Source of the DNA: a virus
Lineage: Duplodnaviria; Caudoviricetes
Virus record (IMG/VR): IMGVR_UViG_3300027969_000116
Location: 1 to 58,594 of that record
Strand: one strand, 5' to 3'
DNA: 58,594 nt
Below the pieces are notes generated by a model. The model saw only the letters and a list, made by a program, of their open reading frames with translations, was not told the DNA's origin and made no database searches. This document shows, one piece after another, positions 42,576 through 53,191 of this stretch (position 1 is its first letter; each line of letters begins with the position of its first letter). The translations under genes and the position numbers were made by a program.

Positions 42576-44807
42576 TTATCCGATTATATATGTTGATGAT
42601 GAATATGTAACATTTCCACCTGAATATCTGTATGCTAAAATTGCGTTATTAAAATTAGTGTTTGCACTATAATTAACTATGGGTGCTGACCATATTTCAA
42701 AATCATTAAGGTTGAGTGCTCTAATATAATAATTGTATAAATAATCTGTATTATAAAAAGAGTTGTAATCCGTATATCGAATACCTAAAGTATTATAATT
42801 ACATAATGTTCCCGAAAAAGAAGGTATTAATGTATTACTTACTCCGGAAAATGGGATAGTATTTGTAGTCCATTGATTAGTTTCCAATAAACCCGCAATA
42901 GTATTTGCTGATACACTTTGAACAGAAATGGTCACTCCTTGACACCAATAAAACGGGTTGGTATAATAAACTCCAAAATTTAAAGTATTAGCAGTATAAC
43001 GAAATTCTCTATCAATGTATCCTAAATTTTCGGTTCTACCAGTTGAATAATCATTAGTCCTGTTAACAAATGCGTCGGTTAGTCTAAGACAATCAATGTC
43101 ACAAGATGTTACTGATGAAAAATTATTAGATATAGTTTCAGCGGTTATTCTAAAGTAATAACTACCACTACTTGTTAAACCAGTTGTTACTGTTGAAGAT
43201 GGGTGAATATATATTACTTGAGTACTTACGTTTTCTAAACAATTATTAGACGTATTTTGAGATGGTATTTTACAAAAAAAATTTCGATAATACAATATGT
43301 TTGTTGTTGATGAACTACCTGAATAGTTACTTTTAAGAAAATTCCAACTATTATAATATGCTGATATTACAGTTGATGAACCCGTTATATTATAAACACC
43401 TTTTGACCCAACACCACCAACAAAAGTTTTTTCATATTTTACATTATTTGTGTCAGTTGCACAATTACTTGTTGTATTATAGAAAGTTGTATCAGCACAT
43501 ACATTTTGATTAATATAAAAATCTGTAGATTGAAAATTGACAGGATTACTGGTTGGATTTGAAAGTGATATACCAAAAGGATTGCGAGAATTTGAGGGAG
43601 CTTGATATGTAGGAAAATTGCTGTTGGGGGTTGCATAATATTTAAATAAATCACTTAATTCATAATCTGAGGTATTACAACCTGAAATTGAAAATGTTAT
43701 TTTATTTGAACAACCACTATTCGTATTAACAATACTTGACCCAATTATTTTATATGGATTGGTTAGTAAACAACTTGTACAATCATAGTTAGTTAAACAA
43801 GTTGAGAACAATTCCCATACAGTATCATTAAATGCTGGTGTAATGGTAATTAAAATATTGTCATCATTATTCACAGTTAGACCTGTTAAACAAGTTAACT
43901 TAACGAATGGACTAGCTGTTGCCGCTGATTTAGGAAAAGTAGTCGCACTAAAATTATTTGCATTATTAGGTGATGAATTATTATAACCAACCACAAAATC
44001 CTCTAATACAAGATTATTGGTTCCATATGAACTACCACTAAATTTAATTGTAATTCTGTCAGGGTTTTGTGACCCCAGAAATCTCCAAGCAAAAAATTTA
44101 GTTGATGAGGATATTTTATATGTTAAATTAACAGGTGTTGGTACATTCCCATTAAGAAACTTATAGTCTATAAAATGGTTATAATAGAGTTGGTAGCTAA
44201 AATTAGTTCTATTACTACACGACAATGGTTGTATAATTGTTGAAGGTAAACAATTACCACTAAATAATACGTTACCAGTACCACCCGTATTTGAGAAAGT
44301 TATACCGCTTAATTTAATCTTTTGAATAACCGGAGTATAAACACCTTCGGTTACAGGTTTTGCATTAATACCTGTGAAAGGATGAGGAATCATACCTAAG
44401 GTAAGGAAACTACCTGCACCTGATGTAAATTCTAATGTTGTAGTATTATTAGGACCATACCAATTTATTACATAATCATTAATATTATTACAAGTACCTG
44501 TTAAAATACCACAAGATAATTTTGTGATTGTCGTTGAGGAATATTGAGATAAACCTAAATTACAATTACTACATATGTCATTATTTTGAATTGGTATATC
44601 CAAACAAAAATTCTCTATAGTATCTTTAAACCCTAAACTAGTTGTTCCTGTTGGTACAACAATAACATAAGGACAAGTTGTTAATTGAACAAGTGTTGCG
44701 GAAGAAAATGGTGTTGATGTATAATCACTATTTAAATAGATATCAAACGGCCCATTTGAGGCATTTGTTAATGATATACAGGTTGATGCTGAAAATGTTG
44801 CTGGCAT
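42576..44807 (-). CDS. Cys/Asn/Thr-rich virion accessory protein
   Basis: 743-aa beta-rich ORF coupled within the minus-strand cluster. Confidence 0.55.
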   Translation of the reverse strand: MPATFSASTCISLTNASNGPFDIYLNSDYTSTPFSSATLVQLTTCPYVIVVPTGTTSLGFKDTIENFCLDIPIQNNDICSNCNLGLSQYSSTTITKLSCGILTGTCNNINDYVINWYGPNNTTTLEFTSGAGSFLTLGMIPHPFTGINAKPVTEGVYTPVIQKIKLSGITFSNTGGTGNVLFSGNCLPSTIIQPLSCSNRTNFSYQLYYNHFIDYKFLNGNVPTPVNLTYKISSSTKFFAWRFLGSQNPDRITIKFSGSSYGTNNLVLEDFVVGYNNSSPNNANNFSATTFPKSAATASPFVKLTCLTGLTVNNDDNILITITPAFNDTVWELFSTCLTNYDCTSCLLTNPYKIIGSSIVNTNSGCSNKITFSISGCNTSDYELSDLFKYYATPNSNFPTYQAPSNSRNPFGISLSNPTSNPVNFQSTDFYINQNVCADTTFYNTTSNCATDTNNVKYEKTFVGGVGSKGVYNITGSSTVISAYYNSWNFLKSNYSGSSSTTNILYYRNFFCKIPSQNTSNNCLENVSTQVIYIHPSSTVTTGLTSSGSYYFRITAETISNNFSSVTSCDIDCLRLTDAFVNRTNDYSTGRTENLGYIDREFRYTANTLNFGVYYTNPFYWCQGVTISVQSVSANTIAGLLETNQWTTNTIPFSGVSNTLIPSFSGTLCNYNTLGIRYTDYNSFYNTDYLYNYYIRALNLNDFEIWSAPIVNYSANTNFNNAILAYRYSGGNVTYSSSTYIIG

Positions 44808-44814
44808 ATATTTT

Positions 44815-45477
44815 TTAAGTTAAATCAAATGTGTATCCTGACATAGCAGTTGGAAGACAGTTATTAATATCTTGTTCCACAACAGTCACGTTAAATGTAC
44901 AATCCGGTGCGATGTATAATTCACAAACTGTGGTTGCTGTAAAATCCCCCCAATAATCGACTGTGGTTGCACTATAAAAACCATTACCTATACCACCAAG
45001 GGCTGGTGACTCATTACTGTTGTTATTACCCCAAGTCCAAGTTGTTGTATATGGAGGAGTTCCTCCTGTAATAATTAATGATACTTCACCATCATAAGAA
45101 TCTGAAGTTGTAGCTGCTGAAGTAACACATTGAATACCCACCGGTAAAATTGTTACTATTCCACATTCATTTTTATATCCAACAATAGTTGGTGTAGTTA
45201 CAACAGGTGGTGTATAACAAGGATAAATGTATTTTGTACATAATTCACAATCAAAAGCTGAAAAAACAGGTGTACCAATTCTAAAATCGTATCCTAAATT
45301 TATGGTTGAATTACCACTATATGATACACAACCTGAATAAGAACCAATAACCAACCCATATTGTGTTCCGACAGTTGGTATAAATCCTACCCAAGATGGT
45401 GTAGTTGTTGCACTTGCAATTGCAAAAGGTTCTAAACCACCACAACACGGATTAAAATAATGGATAATATCGCTCAT
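44815..45477 (-). CDS. Cys-rich protein with a SprB-like unit
   Basis: DGEVSLIITGGTPPYTTTW.......GIGNGFYSATTVD, plus an N-terminal Cys module. Confidence 0.6.
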   Translation of the reverse strand: MSDIIHYFNPCCGGLEPFAIASATTTPSWVGFIPTVGTQYGLVIGSYSGCVSYSGNSTINLGYDFRIGTPVFSAFDCELCTKYIYPCYTPPVVTTPTIVGYKNECGIVTILPVGIQCVTSAATTSDSYDGEVSLIITGGTPPYTTTWTWGNNNSNESPALGGIGNGFYSATTVDYWGDFTATTVCELYIAPDCTFNVTVVEQDINNCLPTAMSGYTFDLT

Positions 45478-45580
45478 ATTATATTTCTTTTTTTATAATA
45501 AATAATCTAAACTTTGATTTTATTAAAATATAATTGACATTTGTTTTTAATAAATGATGTGTTGGGAGATATTTATAGGT

Positions 45581-45763
45581 ATGAAACTAATAAATACAAT
45601 ATCAAATGTTGTTACGGAAGCCAAAGAAGCTTATGAACTTGCGTGTGACAGAGGTGTTCCTGAGAAGGAACTTGATAGATTAGAAAAAAACTACTATGAG
45701 TCTTTAAAACTTCTAAGGATATATGAAAATTTGGGTAAGAGAGAAAATAAACAATCTCAATAA
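45581..45763 (+). CDS. Small helical hypothetical protein, antisense island in the minus-strand cluster
   Basis: ATG 45581 lies 3 nt after TATTTATA (45570-45577). The ORF fills an otherwise empty gap. Confidence 0.6.
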   Translation: MKLINTISNVVTEAKEAYELACDRGVPEKELDRLEKNYYESLKLLRIYENLGKRENKQSQ

Positions 45764-45784
45764 AGATTATCGTAAATATATTGA

Positions 45785-46462
45785 CTACAATCCAAATCTT
45801 CCTTTTGTTGCGTTATAGTTTTGTAATACTTCTTGAGATGAAAGAGTTCTGTTATATAGTCTAAAAAGATAGGCTGAATAAGAAGTTCCATTTGCATAGC
45901 TGATAGAGTTAAAGGCTGGTAGGTAATTATGATAATCACTTGCGGATTGAGTAACCTTCAATATACCATCTACATACAATTTAAAGGTTGTTGTGGTTGT
46001 ATACTCTGTCGTGATAGTGTAGTGGTGTAGCCCTCTGTTAGTATACCAGTTGTAGCCTGTCAAGTATCTATAGGCGTTAAAATCTGTTGATGTTCCACAA
46101 ACAAAAATACTATTGTCATTTGAAATATGAAATGATACGTTTTGCCCACCGTAAGCCGCAGTTCCTTTAATTAAATTATTTATGGTATTAGTTAAGTTGC
46201 TTGTATCAAAAATAAAATCATATGTAAAATTACTTGTAGTTTGTATGTTGTTTGTTCCAACGTAATCATTTACACCATCCAAAATAATTGCTCCACCCCT
46301 AGCAGAACTAAAAGTAGGACCATTTATAAGTTCTCCATTATTTCCACCACTAGATAAATCATTCCATATAGTAGAACCACTCACATATGATTTTGTGTTG
46401 GCTGCATCTAAATACAAAATCAACCCATCTGTCACTACTCTATTTAATATTTTTCCTGACAT
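45785..46462 (-). CDS. LamG / concanavalin A-like lectin domain protein (paralog 1)
   Basis: VVTDGLILYLDAAN...WNDLS, LDGVNDYV, KLYVDG and RLYNRTLS..EVLQNY. Confidence 0.85.
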   Translation of the reverse strand: MSGKILNRVVTDGLILYLDAANTKSYVSGSTIWNDLSSGGNNGELINGPTFSSARGGAIILDGVNDYVGTNNIQTTSNFTYDFIFDTSNLTNTINNLIKGTAAYGGQNVSFHISNDNSIFVCGTSTDFNAYRYLTGYNWYTNRGLHHYTITTEYTTTTTFKLYVDGILKVTQSASDYHNYLPAFNSISYANGTSYSAYLFRLYNRTLSSQEVLQNYNATKGRFGL

Positions 46463-46463
46463 T

Positions 46464-47171
46464 TTATAAACCGTATCTTGTTCTTGTTGCGTTATAATTT
46501 TGTAATACTTCTACATCTGTTAGTGCTCGATTATATACTTTAACATTTGAAATATTCCCACTCCATACTTCGTTAGATATTGCTTGATTTCCTCCTATTC
46601 TGATATCTACTGCTGTGTTAGGGGTTGGGTATAAAGGTGTAAAAATTCCTGATTGGGGTTGGTTATTTACGTAAATTGTTACACTAGGTGAACTAATACT
46701 TCCTGAAACTGTAACTGCAAAGAAATACCACGTATTTGCGTTAATTGTTAAAGTTCCGAAGGATTGAAATTCTCCAGAAGCATTACTGGTATAGTATTTT
46801 ACAATTCCACCATCTACTCGAAGTAATGAATAGATATTCCCCCCAACAACATTTCCATATATTCCGTACAATGTTTTAAATCCAGTAATAGTATTTGGTT
46901 TAGCCCAAACATTTATTGTTAGGGGTACCTGTAACCCTGTTAATGATGATGGGGTTCCTAAAGTTACATAATCATCCACATTATCAAATACAATACTACC
47001 ACCATTCCCACTATTAAAAGTTGGCCCGTTAGTTAAAATTCCATTATTTCCAATTCTAGATAAATCATTCCATATAGTATTTCCACTCACATATGATTTT
47101 GTGTTGGCAGCATCTAAATACAACACCAATCCATCCGTTACGATATTTCCACCACCTTCCGCTGTACTCAT
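46464..47171 (-). CDS. LamG / concanavalin A-like lectin domain protein (paralog 2)
   Basis: IVTDGLVLYLDAAN, FDNVDDYV, WYFFAVT and GNISNVKVYNRALT..EVLQNY. Confidence 0.85.
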   Translation of the reverse strand: MSTAEGGGNIVTDGLVLYLDAANTKSYVSGNTIWNDLSRIGNNGILTNGPTFNSGNGGSIVFDNVDDYVTLGTPSSLTGLQVPLTINVWAKPNTITGFKTLYGIYGNVVGGNIYSLLRVDGGIVKYYTSNASGEFQSFGTLTINANTWYFFAVTVSGSISSPSVTIYVNNQPQSGIFTPLYPTPNTAVDIRIGGNQAISNEVWSGNISNVKVYNRALTDVEVLQNYNATRTRYGL

Positions 47172-47172
47172 A

Positions 47173-47430
47173 TTATTCCATTGGCATATCTTGAGACCAT
47201 TCTGATGTTGAAAGAATTATTACTATTTCTTCATAAGTATAAGGACCTTCTTTAGTTGTTAAGTTTTCAACACTTGTAGGTATTCCTTCACCATCCCATT
47301 TAACAAATGTTTTGGTCTCATCTACTGATTTTCTTACAGTATCGATTGATGTTTCACATACTTGTGTGAAATCTATTTGATTTAATTCAGTTACACTGAA
47401 TATCATAAAATGTCTGTTGTTATAATCCAT
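47173..47430 (-). CDS. Small hypothetical protein associated with the LamG genes
   Basis: 85 aa (TVRKSVDETKTFVKW...GPYTYEEI...W), coupled between LamG paralogs. Confidence 0.65.
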   Translation of the reverse strand: MDYNNRHFMIFSVTELNQIDFTQVCETSIDTVRKSVDETKTFVKWDGEGIPTSVENLTTKEGPYTYEEIVIILSTSEWSQDMPME

Positions 47431-48082
47431 ATCTTCCTTTAGTTGCGTTATAGTTTTGTAGTATTTCTTGTGCTGTTAACATTCTATTATATAACGTATT
47501 AATAGAAATATCACCCACAAAATGAAAATTATCCGAAATATTTCTACCTATTCTAAATAAATTTGGGTTACCAATCATAATGCCAATATTAAGTGTGGTA
47601 ATTAATGTTGAATTTACATATATATTTGCAACACTACCTGAAATACACGCAACAGCATTGTACCATCTATTTATACTTAGTGTATAGTCTATTATGTAAT
47701 CTAATACACTTCCTAAGGTAAATGTTAATTTTGAACCATTTATTTGAAGTCTATATCCATCATTAGTGTTTGAATCGTGTGAAAATATAACATTATAAAC
47801 ACCTATTGTAGTTGGTTTAAACCAACAAGACATTGTGGTACCACTATTAGCATTGTATGTATTAACCAAATTACTTACATAACCTACGGTACCATTAAAA
47901 GTAACTGAACCTAAATTATTTGTATTATAATTAGTAACACCACTTATTACATTACATACAGTTTGATTACGAGTTAAATCATTCCAAGTAGTACTTCCAC
48001 TTACTATTGATTTTGTGTTGGCGGCGTCCAAATAAAAAACCAACCCATCCGTTACTACTCTTGGTGAAAAATTAAAAGCCAT
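47420..48082 (-). CDS. LamG / concanavalin A-like lectin domain protein (paralog 3)
   Basis: VVTDGLVFYLDAAN, CWFKP, RWYNAV and YNRMLT..EILQNY. Confidence 0.85.
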   Translation of the reverse strand: MAFNFSPRVVTDGLVFYLDAANTKSIVSGSTTWNDLTRNQTVCNVISGVTNYNTNNLGSVTFNGTVGYVSNLVNTYNANSGTTMSCWFKPTTIGVYNVIFSHDSNTNDGYRLQINGSKLTFTLGSVLDYIIDYTLSINRWYNAVACISGSVANIYVNSTLITTLNIGIMIGNPNLFRIGRNISDNFHFVGDISINTLYNRMLTAQEILQNYNATKGRYGL

Positions 48083-48085
48083 AAC

Positions 48086-49951
48086 TTATATTGCTCGTAT
48101 TATTGTTTTTAAAATCCAACCCGATGTGGTAGCGGACACTCTTATTAATGTGTTATTTCCTGATAAGGCCGTTGAAAAGGTAATACCTGAGGTACTTCCG
48201 ATATTGTTGGTTGAAACCTCTGTAAACTCTGTTGTCCCGGTTGTCCAAATAGACATTATATTACCAGCTCTAGCACTTGTATTACCTGAATTTATTACGG
48301 TATAATCTATAAACGCACCCGTGTAAGCACTTGTAGGTATTGAATAGATTGTATTTGTACCGGCAGTTAGACTTATTCTTACGGTAGTATTTAATGATGG
48401 TGCTAAATAACTACCCATTAACATTGTATTATCAGAAAACACTTCTACAATAGGTAACCCCGAAATATCATTTACACTAAATAATGAACCCACAAGACTA
48501 TCTGATACGCTAAATAATTCACCATTTGAACCCAACACACTGAAAATAGGTGAAGTTGTTGAATTACCTGAACCAACTACCGTAACTATACTTTGACCTG
48601 TACCTGAAAAAGTTCCTGTTATTGCAGATAAACTACCATTAAATTTAGCATCTCCATTATCATTAAAAAAAATATTTTCAGTATTACCACTATTTAAAAT
48701 TGAAAACGCTTTTGAACCTAAATTAAGTCTGGAATTTTTAATAGTAAATCTTGAATTATCCGTGTTTAAACCACCAATATTAAATGACCCAGCTTCGGTA
48801 ATTCTGAAAGTTTCAACCGTAGTACCACCTACAACAGTTGTCCCAAAAAGTTCAGGTCTCGCACTAGTATTATTTTGGAAATATAACCCACATCTAACAT
48901 TACCATAATTAAGAGTAGCCGCTTGAATACCTGATATTGCACCACTTGTGAAAGTTTGCATAAATGTGATAATGTTTCGATTAGAAACATTTGGACCATA
49001 ACTTGTACTTCCATCACCATTTATATAAATTCCGGGAGTTGTTGGTTGAAAAGCACCATAAGCTGTAGCACCTGTGTTGATAAAAATACCACCAGCTTTA
49101 TTGATTCTAAAAAACTCATTATCATTAACATCTTTTAGATTTAAAATATAGTCTGTTGTTGCCGATAATTTAATATCCAACATAGCGATTGGAGTTGCAG
49201 TATTAATACCTGTACCTGAAAAACTATCATAAATTAAACTATTAGTTAATGTTGTTCCGGATGTAAATTTAGGTATATAATTAGTTGTTCCGGTAATAAC
49301 AGGTGGTGGTAAATTTTGATATGTTGTTGCCGATATTGTATTAGCACTTAAACCATTTGTGAATATTGTTGGTCCTGTAACAGTACCTCCTGTAAATATA
49401 CTACCACTACCTGTTTGGAATATCCTCCAATTCGAGTTAGCACTTGTATACCCACTAACGCCTTCTATATTGGAACTTGTCCACCCACTTATAAATGATT
49501 GTCCGGCAGATGAACGACTATTAACAACGGTTGTATAATCAGAATAAGTTACGGCAGAAAATCCTGTAAGACCGGTTATATTATTCCATAATGTGTCATA
49601 ATTTGGTATTACATATTGATAAACTTTATCTGTTTCGTGAACATATACCATCATACCCAGTCTTCTTCTACCTGAAGAAATATTGTCAGAATTTAATGTT
49701 AGATAATCCGGAGATAAAAATGTTCCATTACCTTTTGTATATCGAATAGGGATTGTATTAGCAGATAATTGAATTAACGATGGATATGATGTTGCGGTTA
49801 AAGTTAACGACAAATCGGATAGGTTATATACTTCCATATAACCTCCAACATTAAGATTAGAAAAATTAGTTCCAAAAACAGATGTTCTTGAAACGGATTG
49901 TGGCGTTGATACTTGAACGCTTGATATTGGATTTTTATAAGGTACTGCCAT
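48086..49951 (-). CDS. Tail fibre-like protein
   Basis: Gly/Ser/Thr-rich, with RRLGMMVYV, GTTNYIPKF...LTNSLIYD...TGINTATP..LDI and FSVNDISGLP fibre-like segments. Confidence 0.6.
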   Translation of the reverse strand: MAVPYKNPISSVQVSTPQSVSRTSVFGTNFSNLNVGGYMEVYNLSDLSLTLTATSYPSLIQLSANTIPIRYTKGNGTFLSPDYLTLNSDNISSGRRRLGMMVYVHETDKVYQYVIPNYDTLWNNITGLTGFSAVTYSDYTTVVNSRSSAGQSFISGWTSSNIEGVSGYTSANSNWRIFQTGSGSIFTGGTVTGPTIFTNGLSANTISATTYQNLPPPVITGTTNYIPKFTSGTTLTNSLIYDSFSGTGINTATPIAMLDIKLSATTDYILNLKDVNDNEFFRINKAGGIFINTGATAYGAFQPTTPGIYINGDGSTSYGPNVSNRNIITFMQTFTSGAISGIQAATLNYGNVRCGLYFQNNTSARPELFGTTVVGGTTVETFRITEAGSFNIGGLNTDNSRFTIKNSRLNLGSKAFSILNSGNTENIFFNDNGDAKFNGSLSAITGTFSGTGQSIVTVVGSGNSTTSPIFSVLGSNGELFSVSDSLVGSLFSVNDISGLPIVEVFSDNTMLMGSYLAPSLNTTVRISLTAGTNTIYSIPTSAYTGAFIDYTVINSGNTSARAGNIMSIWTTGTTEFTEVSTNNIGSTSGITFSTALSGNNTLIRVSATTSGWILKTIIRAI

Positions 49952-49962
49952 AATAATAAATA

Positions 49963-51687
49963 TTATGTTTTAGTATTTCCTTTAAAGAATATTGAAGAGG
50001 ATAAAGATGGTGGTGGAACCGAACTTGGTATTAAACAAGATGGGTCAATCCAAAGAACTCGATATACGTTTGATGGTATTGCGGCTCCACTTGAAACAAC
50101 TACATTCGCAGCAACCAATATAGTATCAGGTATTGCGTTATAAACGACATCAGTTGAACAAGGTGTGTTATAACCAATATCTACCGTCATATTATTCATA
50201 CTACCACCAACAGCGTTTAATGGAATCCAAAGTGTATAGAAATATTGAATACCGGTATTAACTTGTGACGGTGAAAGTTCAATAGTGTTAAAAGTATATT
50301 GGTCTTGTGAACATCCAAAAGTGTCTGTCGTTGTACCTGAGGTTTGTTTAATATATCCTTTTAATGTTGAAACATTAGTTACAAAATTTCCACTACCTCC
50401 GGTAAATCCTGAGTAATGGATATAGACATTTAAATTGTTTGAATAACCACTAATTGATGGAACACCACCATTACCCCAACCTAAGAAACTAGTGGAACCA
50501 CTACTAAACATATAGTTACCTAAATTAGTTAATGAAGTGGTATCTTGTGGTTCAGGAACTAAATAAACGTATGGGTCAAACACATATGGATATGTGGATG
50601 TTGGAGTTATTGTTGGAGTTATTGTTGGTGTTGGAGTATATGATGCGGTAATACTTGGGGTTGGTGTGTTTGACGGTGTTAAACTAATAGTTGGTGTAAT
50701 ACTTGGTGTTATTGTAGGTGTTATACTAGGGGTTGGTGTAGGTGTTACGTCTATAGCACAACTAACATCCGATGATGCCGCGTAAATACCTGAAATTGTT
50801 GTTTGAACTAATGTAAATGTTGATGTTGATATATTATCAAGACGATAAACCTTACCTGTTGAATATTCAAAAAGGTAAAGATTATTATTTTTTGATGATA
50901 ATCCATATACACCTGTAATTGATGGGTTAAGAGTTACATCATATTCAAGAGTTCCGGTGGTATAATCATATTGAGTTAAATATACGTTACCTCCACCAAC
51001 ATTTGAAACAAATAATTTATCTGTTAATGGAAAATAAAATAAATCACCACTAAGTATTCTACCGGTTCCGGGTAATGAAAATTTATTAGTTATTGTTGGA
51101 ATTGTGGTTGATATATTTACCTCAACAACAATATAGGATGAACCAACTGTTGCTCCGGTTATTGTTGAAATTAAAACATTCTCGTCTTTAACACATAATC
51201 CTGATAAAGGTTTTGACGGGTATAATATTCTATTATAAATTGCGACAAATGGTGTTGGGTTAATATAATATTCTGTAATTTCTTGAGGGTTATTAATGTC
51301 TGTAATCCAAAATTTATTACTATTGTTTGCAATATCACTAATTGATGGTAATGATGGAAACGTTAAAAGAGTTAACGTATTAGTGTCAATGTTATACTTA
51401 AATATATCCGTACCACCTGTGGTAACATAACTAGAACAATCAATAATAACAGGTGCAATATTAATACAATCAATAACTCTAAATCGTTCACATCCGTCTG
51501 ATGTTATAATTTTAATTCCGACAGCGGGTGCCATATCAAAAGGGGGAGGTAACACAATTTCTACTGATGCGGGAACCGGTGTATTAATTTGCGCGATATA
51601 ACCACAATTATTTCCATAGACATCACATACGTAAATATCGTATGGATAAGTTAAACCTGTGATACTATTTAGGATTATTGATGTCAT
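49963..51687 (-). CDS. Modular virion protein: N-terminal Cys module, probable beta-propeller, Thr/Pro linker, C-terminal domain
   Basis: Blade-like repeats (DIA..SNKFWI, GDLFY..TDKLFVS, YGLS..NNNLYLF) and a (TPSI/TPTI)n linker at about 50590-50750. Confidence 0.55.
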   Translation of the reverse strand: MTSIILNSITGLTYPYDIYVCDVYGNNCGYIAQINTPVPASVEIVLPPPFDMAPAVGIKIITSDGCERFRVIDCINIAPVIIDCSSYVTTGGTDIFKYNIDTNTLTLLTFPSLPSISDIANNSNKFWITDINNPQEITEYYINPTPFVAIYNRILYPSKPLSGLCVKDENVLISTITGATVGSSYIVVEVNISTTIPTITNKFSLPGTGRILSGDLFYFPLTDKLFVSNVGGGNVYLTQYDYTTGTLEYDVTLNPSITGVYGLSSKNNNLYLFEYSTGKVYRLDNISTSTFTLVQTTISGIYAASSDVSCAIDVTPTPTPSITPTITPSITPTISLTPSNTPTPSITASYTPTPTITPTITPTSTYPYVFDPYVYLVPEPQDTTSLTNLGNYMFSSGSTSFLGWGNGGVPSISGYSNNLNVYIHYSGFTGGSGNFVTNVSTLKGYIKQTSGTTTDTFGCSQDQYTFNTIELSPSQVNTGIQYFYTLWIPLNAVGGSMNNMTVDIGYNTPCSTDVVYNAIPDTILVAANVVVSSGAAIPSNVYRVLWIDPSCLIPSSVPPPSLSSSIFFKGNTKT

Positions 51688-51690
51688 ATG

Positions 51691-53190
51691 TTAACAAAGA
51701 ACTACTAAACCTGTTGAAGTGGTGTTAACGTTAATATATGCCCAAGGTAAAGCTGTAGAGCCAAAACCACCGTAAGATAATGATACGGTAACTGAAGCAG
51801 GATTTGACGGACCACAATAACCTGTATATGGTCCTCCAATACCAACATTAAAATCGATGTAAGTGCCGGGACCACCTGTTCCGTTAGTTGTGATGTAAAC
51901 GTCGTATGTAACACCAGGAGACCAAACATTATTTAAAGTTGCATCCATAATATAAGTAAGATAACCTGGATTGGCTGCGATTGAACTACGTCGATAGCAA
52001 CTGTTAGGTGTTCCTTGTATTTTCCACCAATAATAAAATAATACACTAAATTGATTTGTTTGTTTTATAGAACTTACACCTCTACCTTGTGTTGTTGTAA
52101 CATTTGTTGGGTTACAAATATCTGTTGAACTACTTGATGATGGTGTCATTGTTGGTGTTAGAGTAGGCGTTTTTGTAGGTGTTTTAGTTTGAGTAGGTGT
52201 TACAGGTGGTGTCGAACCAACAGTAGATGTTGGTGTCTGTGTTGGTGTTTTAGTCATTGTTGGTGTCTGTGTTGGTGTTTTTGTTGGTGTTGATGTATGT
52301 GTCGGTGTCATACTAGGAGTTGGTTTAACAATATTCTGACATTCAATACAAGCACCTTCATCATAACTATAACCATAAGGTCCTGTAGTAATATTAATTG
52401 TATTTATATTTCCGTAGTCATAATCCATACCAAGATAAAATATACATCTTGAGTCCGTAACACCATTATTATTAACTGTGGCTCCAACTACTAAAAAGAG
52501 TTCAAAAATATATCCTATTGGTATTCCTGTGACATTACTACAATAGTAAAAATCACCATTATAGCAATCTTGGAATTTTAAAACACCCGGACAAATTATT
52601 TGACCTGTGATAGCTGAGAATATTGCAAATCCTGAACCATCACAGTTTCTAGCGATGTCCTTTGAATAGAAAAGTCGTCTACTAAAACTATTTGAATCAA
52701 ATTCTGTAGGTGTTACAGTTGGAGTTGGTGTTGGTGTAGGTGTATAAGTATAACCACTGGCATCAATACCAATAATCGAACAAAAATTAGTCGCACTTGG
52801 TGTAACAGTTTTTGTTGGCGTAACCGTTTTTGTTGGGCTTGGTGTTGGTGTAGGTATAAATTCACAATCAAATAATGCGGTAAAATCTAACACATCACAA
52901 TTTTTTGTAGGTGTTGGTGTTGGAGTAAGACATATTCCGCTAAAAACATAAATGTTTGATAAATCAGGACAAGAACTAACACAAGGGTATTTTCCCGTTA
53001 AATAACAAGTACCACCAAGTGTATCAGATAAACACCAATAACTTGTTACTCCTGTATAATAGTATATAGTCCAACCACTTGTCTGACCCGTCCAGTAAGA
53101 ACGACCATTATAGGTTCCCCCCGTTATGTAGTTATCATCGGCACCTACTAATCCGGTATTTTTTATACAATATGTAGAACTACAAGGCAT
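51691..53190 (-). CDS. Cys-rich protein with multiple Thr/Pro mucin-like linkers
   Basis: Several TPTPT tracts separated by Cys-containing modules. Confidence 0.6.
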   Translation of the reverse strand: MPCSSTYCIKNTGLVGADDNYITGGTYNGRSYWTGQTSGWTIYYYTGVTSYWCLSDTLGGTCYLTGKYPCVSSCPDLSNIYVFSGICLTPTPTPTKNCDVLDFTALFDCEFIPTPTPSPTKTVTPTKTVTPSATNFCSIIGIDASGYTYTPTPTPTPTVTPTEFDSNSFSRRLFYSKDIARNCDGSGFAIFSAITGQIICPGVLKFQDCYNGDFYYCSNVTGIPIGYIFELFLVVGATVNNNGVTDSRCIFYLGMDYDYGNINTINITTGPYGYSYDEGACIECQNIVKPTPSMTPTHTSTPTKTPTQTPTMTKTPTQTPTSTVGSTPPVTPTQTKTPTKTPTLTPTMTPSSSSSTDICNPTNVTTTQGRGVSSIKQTNQFSVLFYYWWKIQGTPNSCYRRSSIAANPGYLTYIMDATLNNVWSPGVTYDVYITTNGTGGPGTYIDFNVGIGGPYTGYCGPSNPASVTVSLSYGGFGSTALPWAYINVNTTSTGLVVLC

Positions 53191-53191
53191 A

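Noticed and set aside
45534-45560. TTGACA as a sigma70 -35 element
   Set aside because: No credible -10 hexamer at 16-18 nt spacing.
45785-48082. Diversity-generating retroelement or shufflon acting on the LamG genes
   Set aside because: No reverse transcriptase or invertase in the window. The repeats are in-frame coding ends of intact, same-orientation paralogs, and there is no non-coding template copy.
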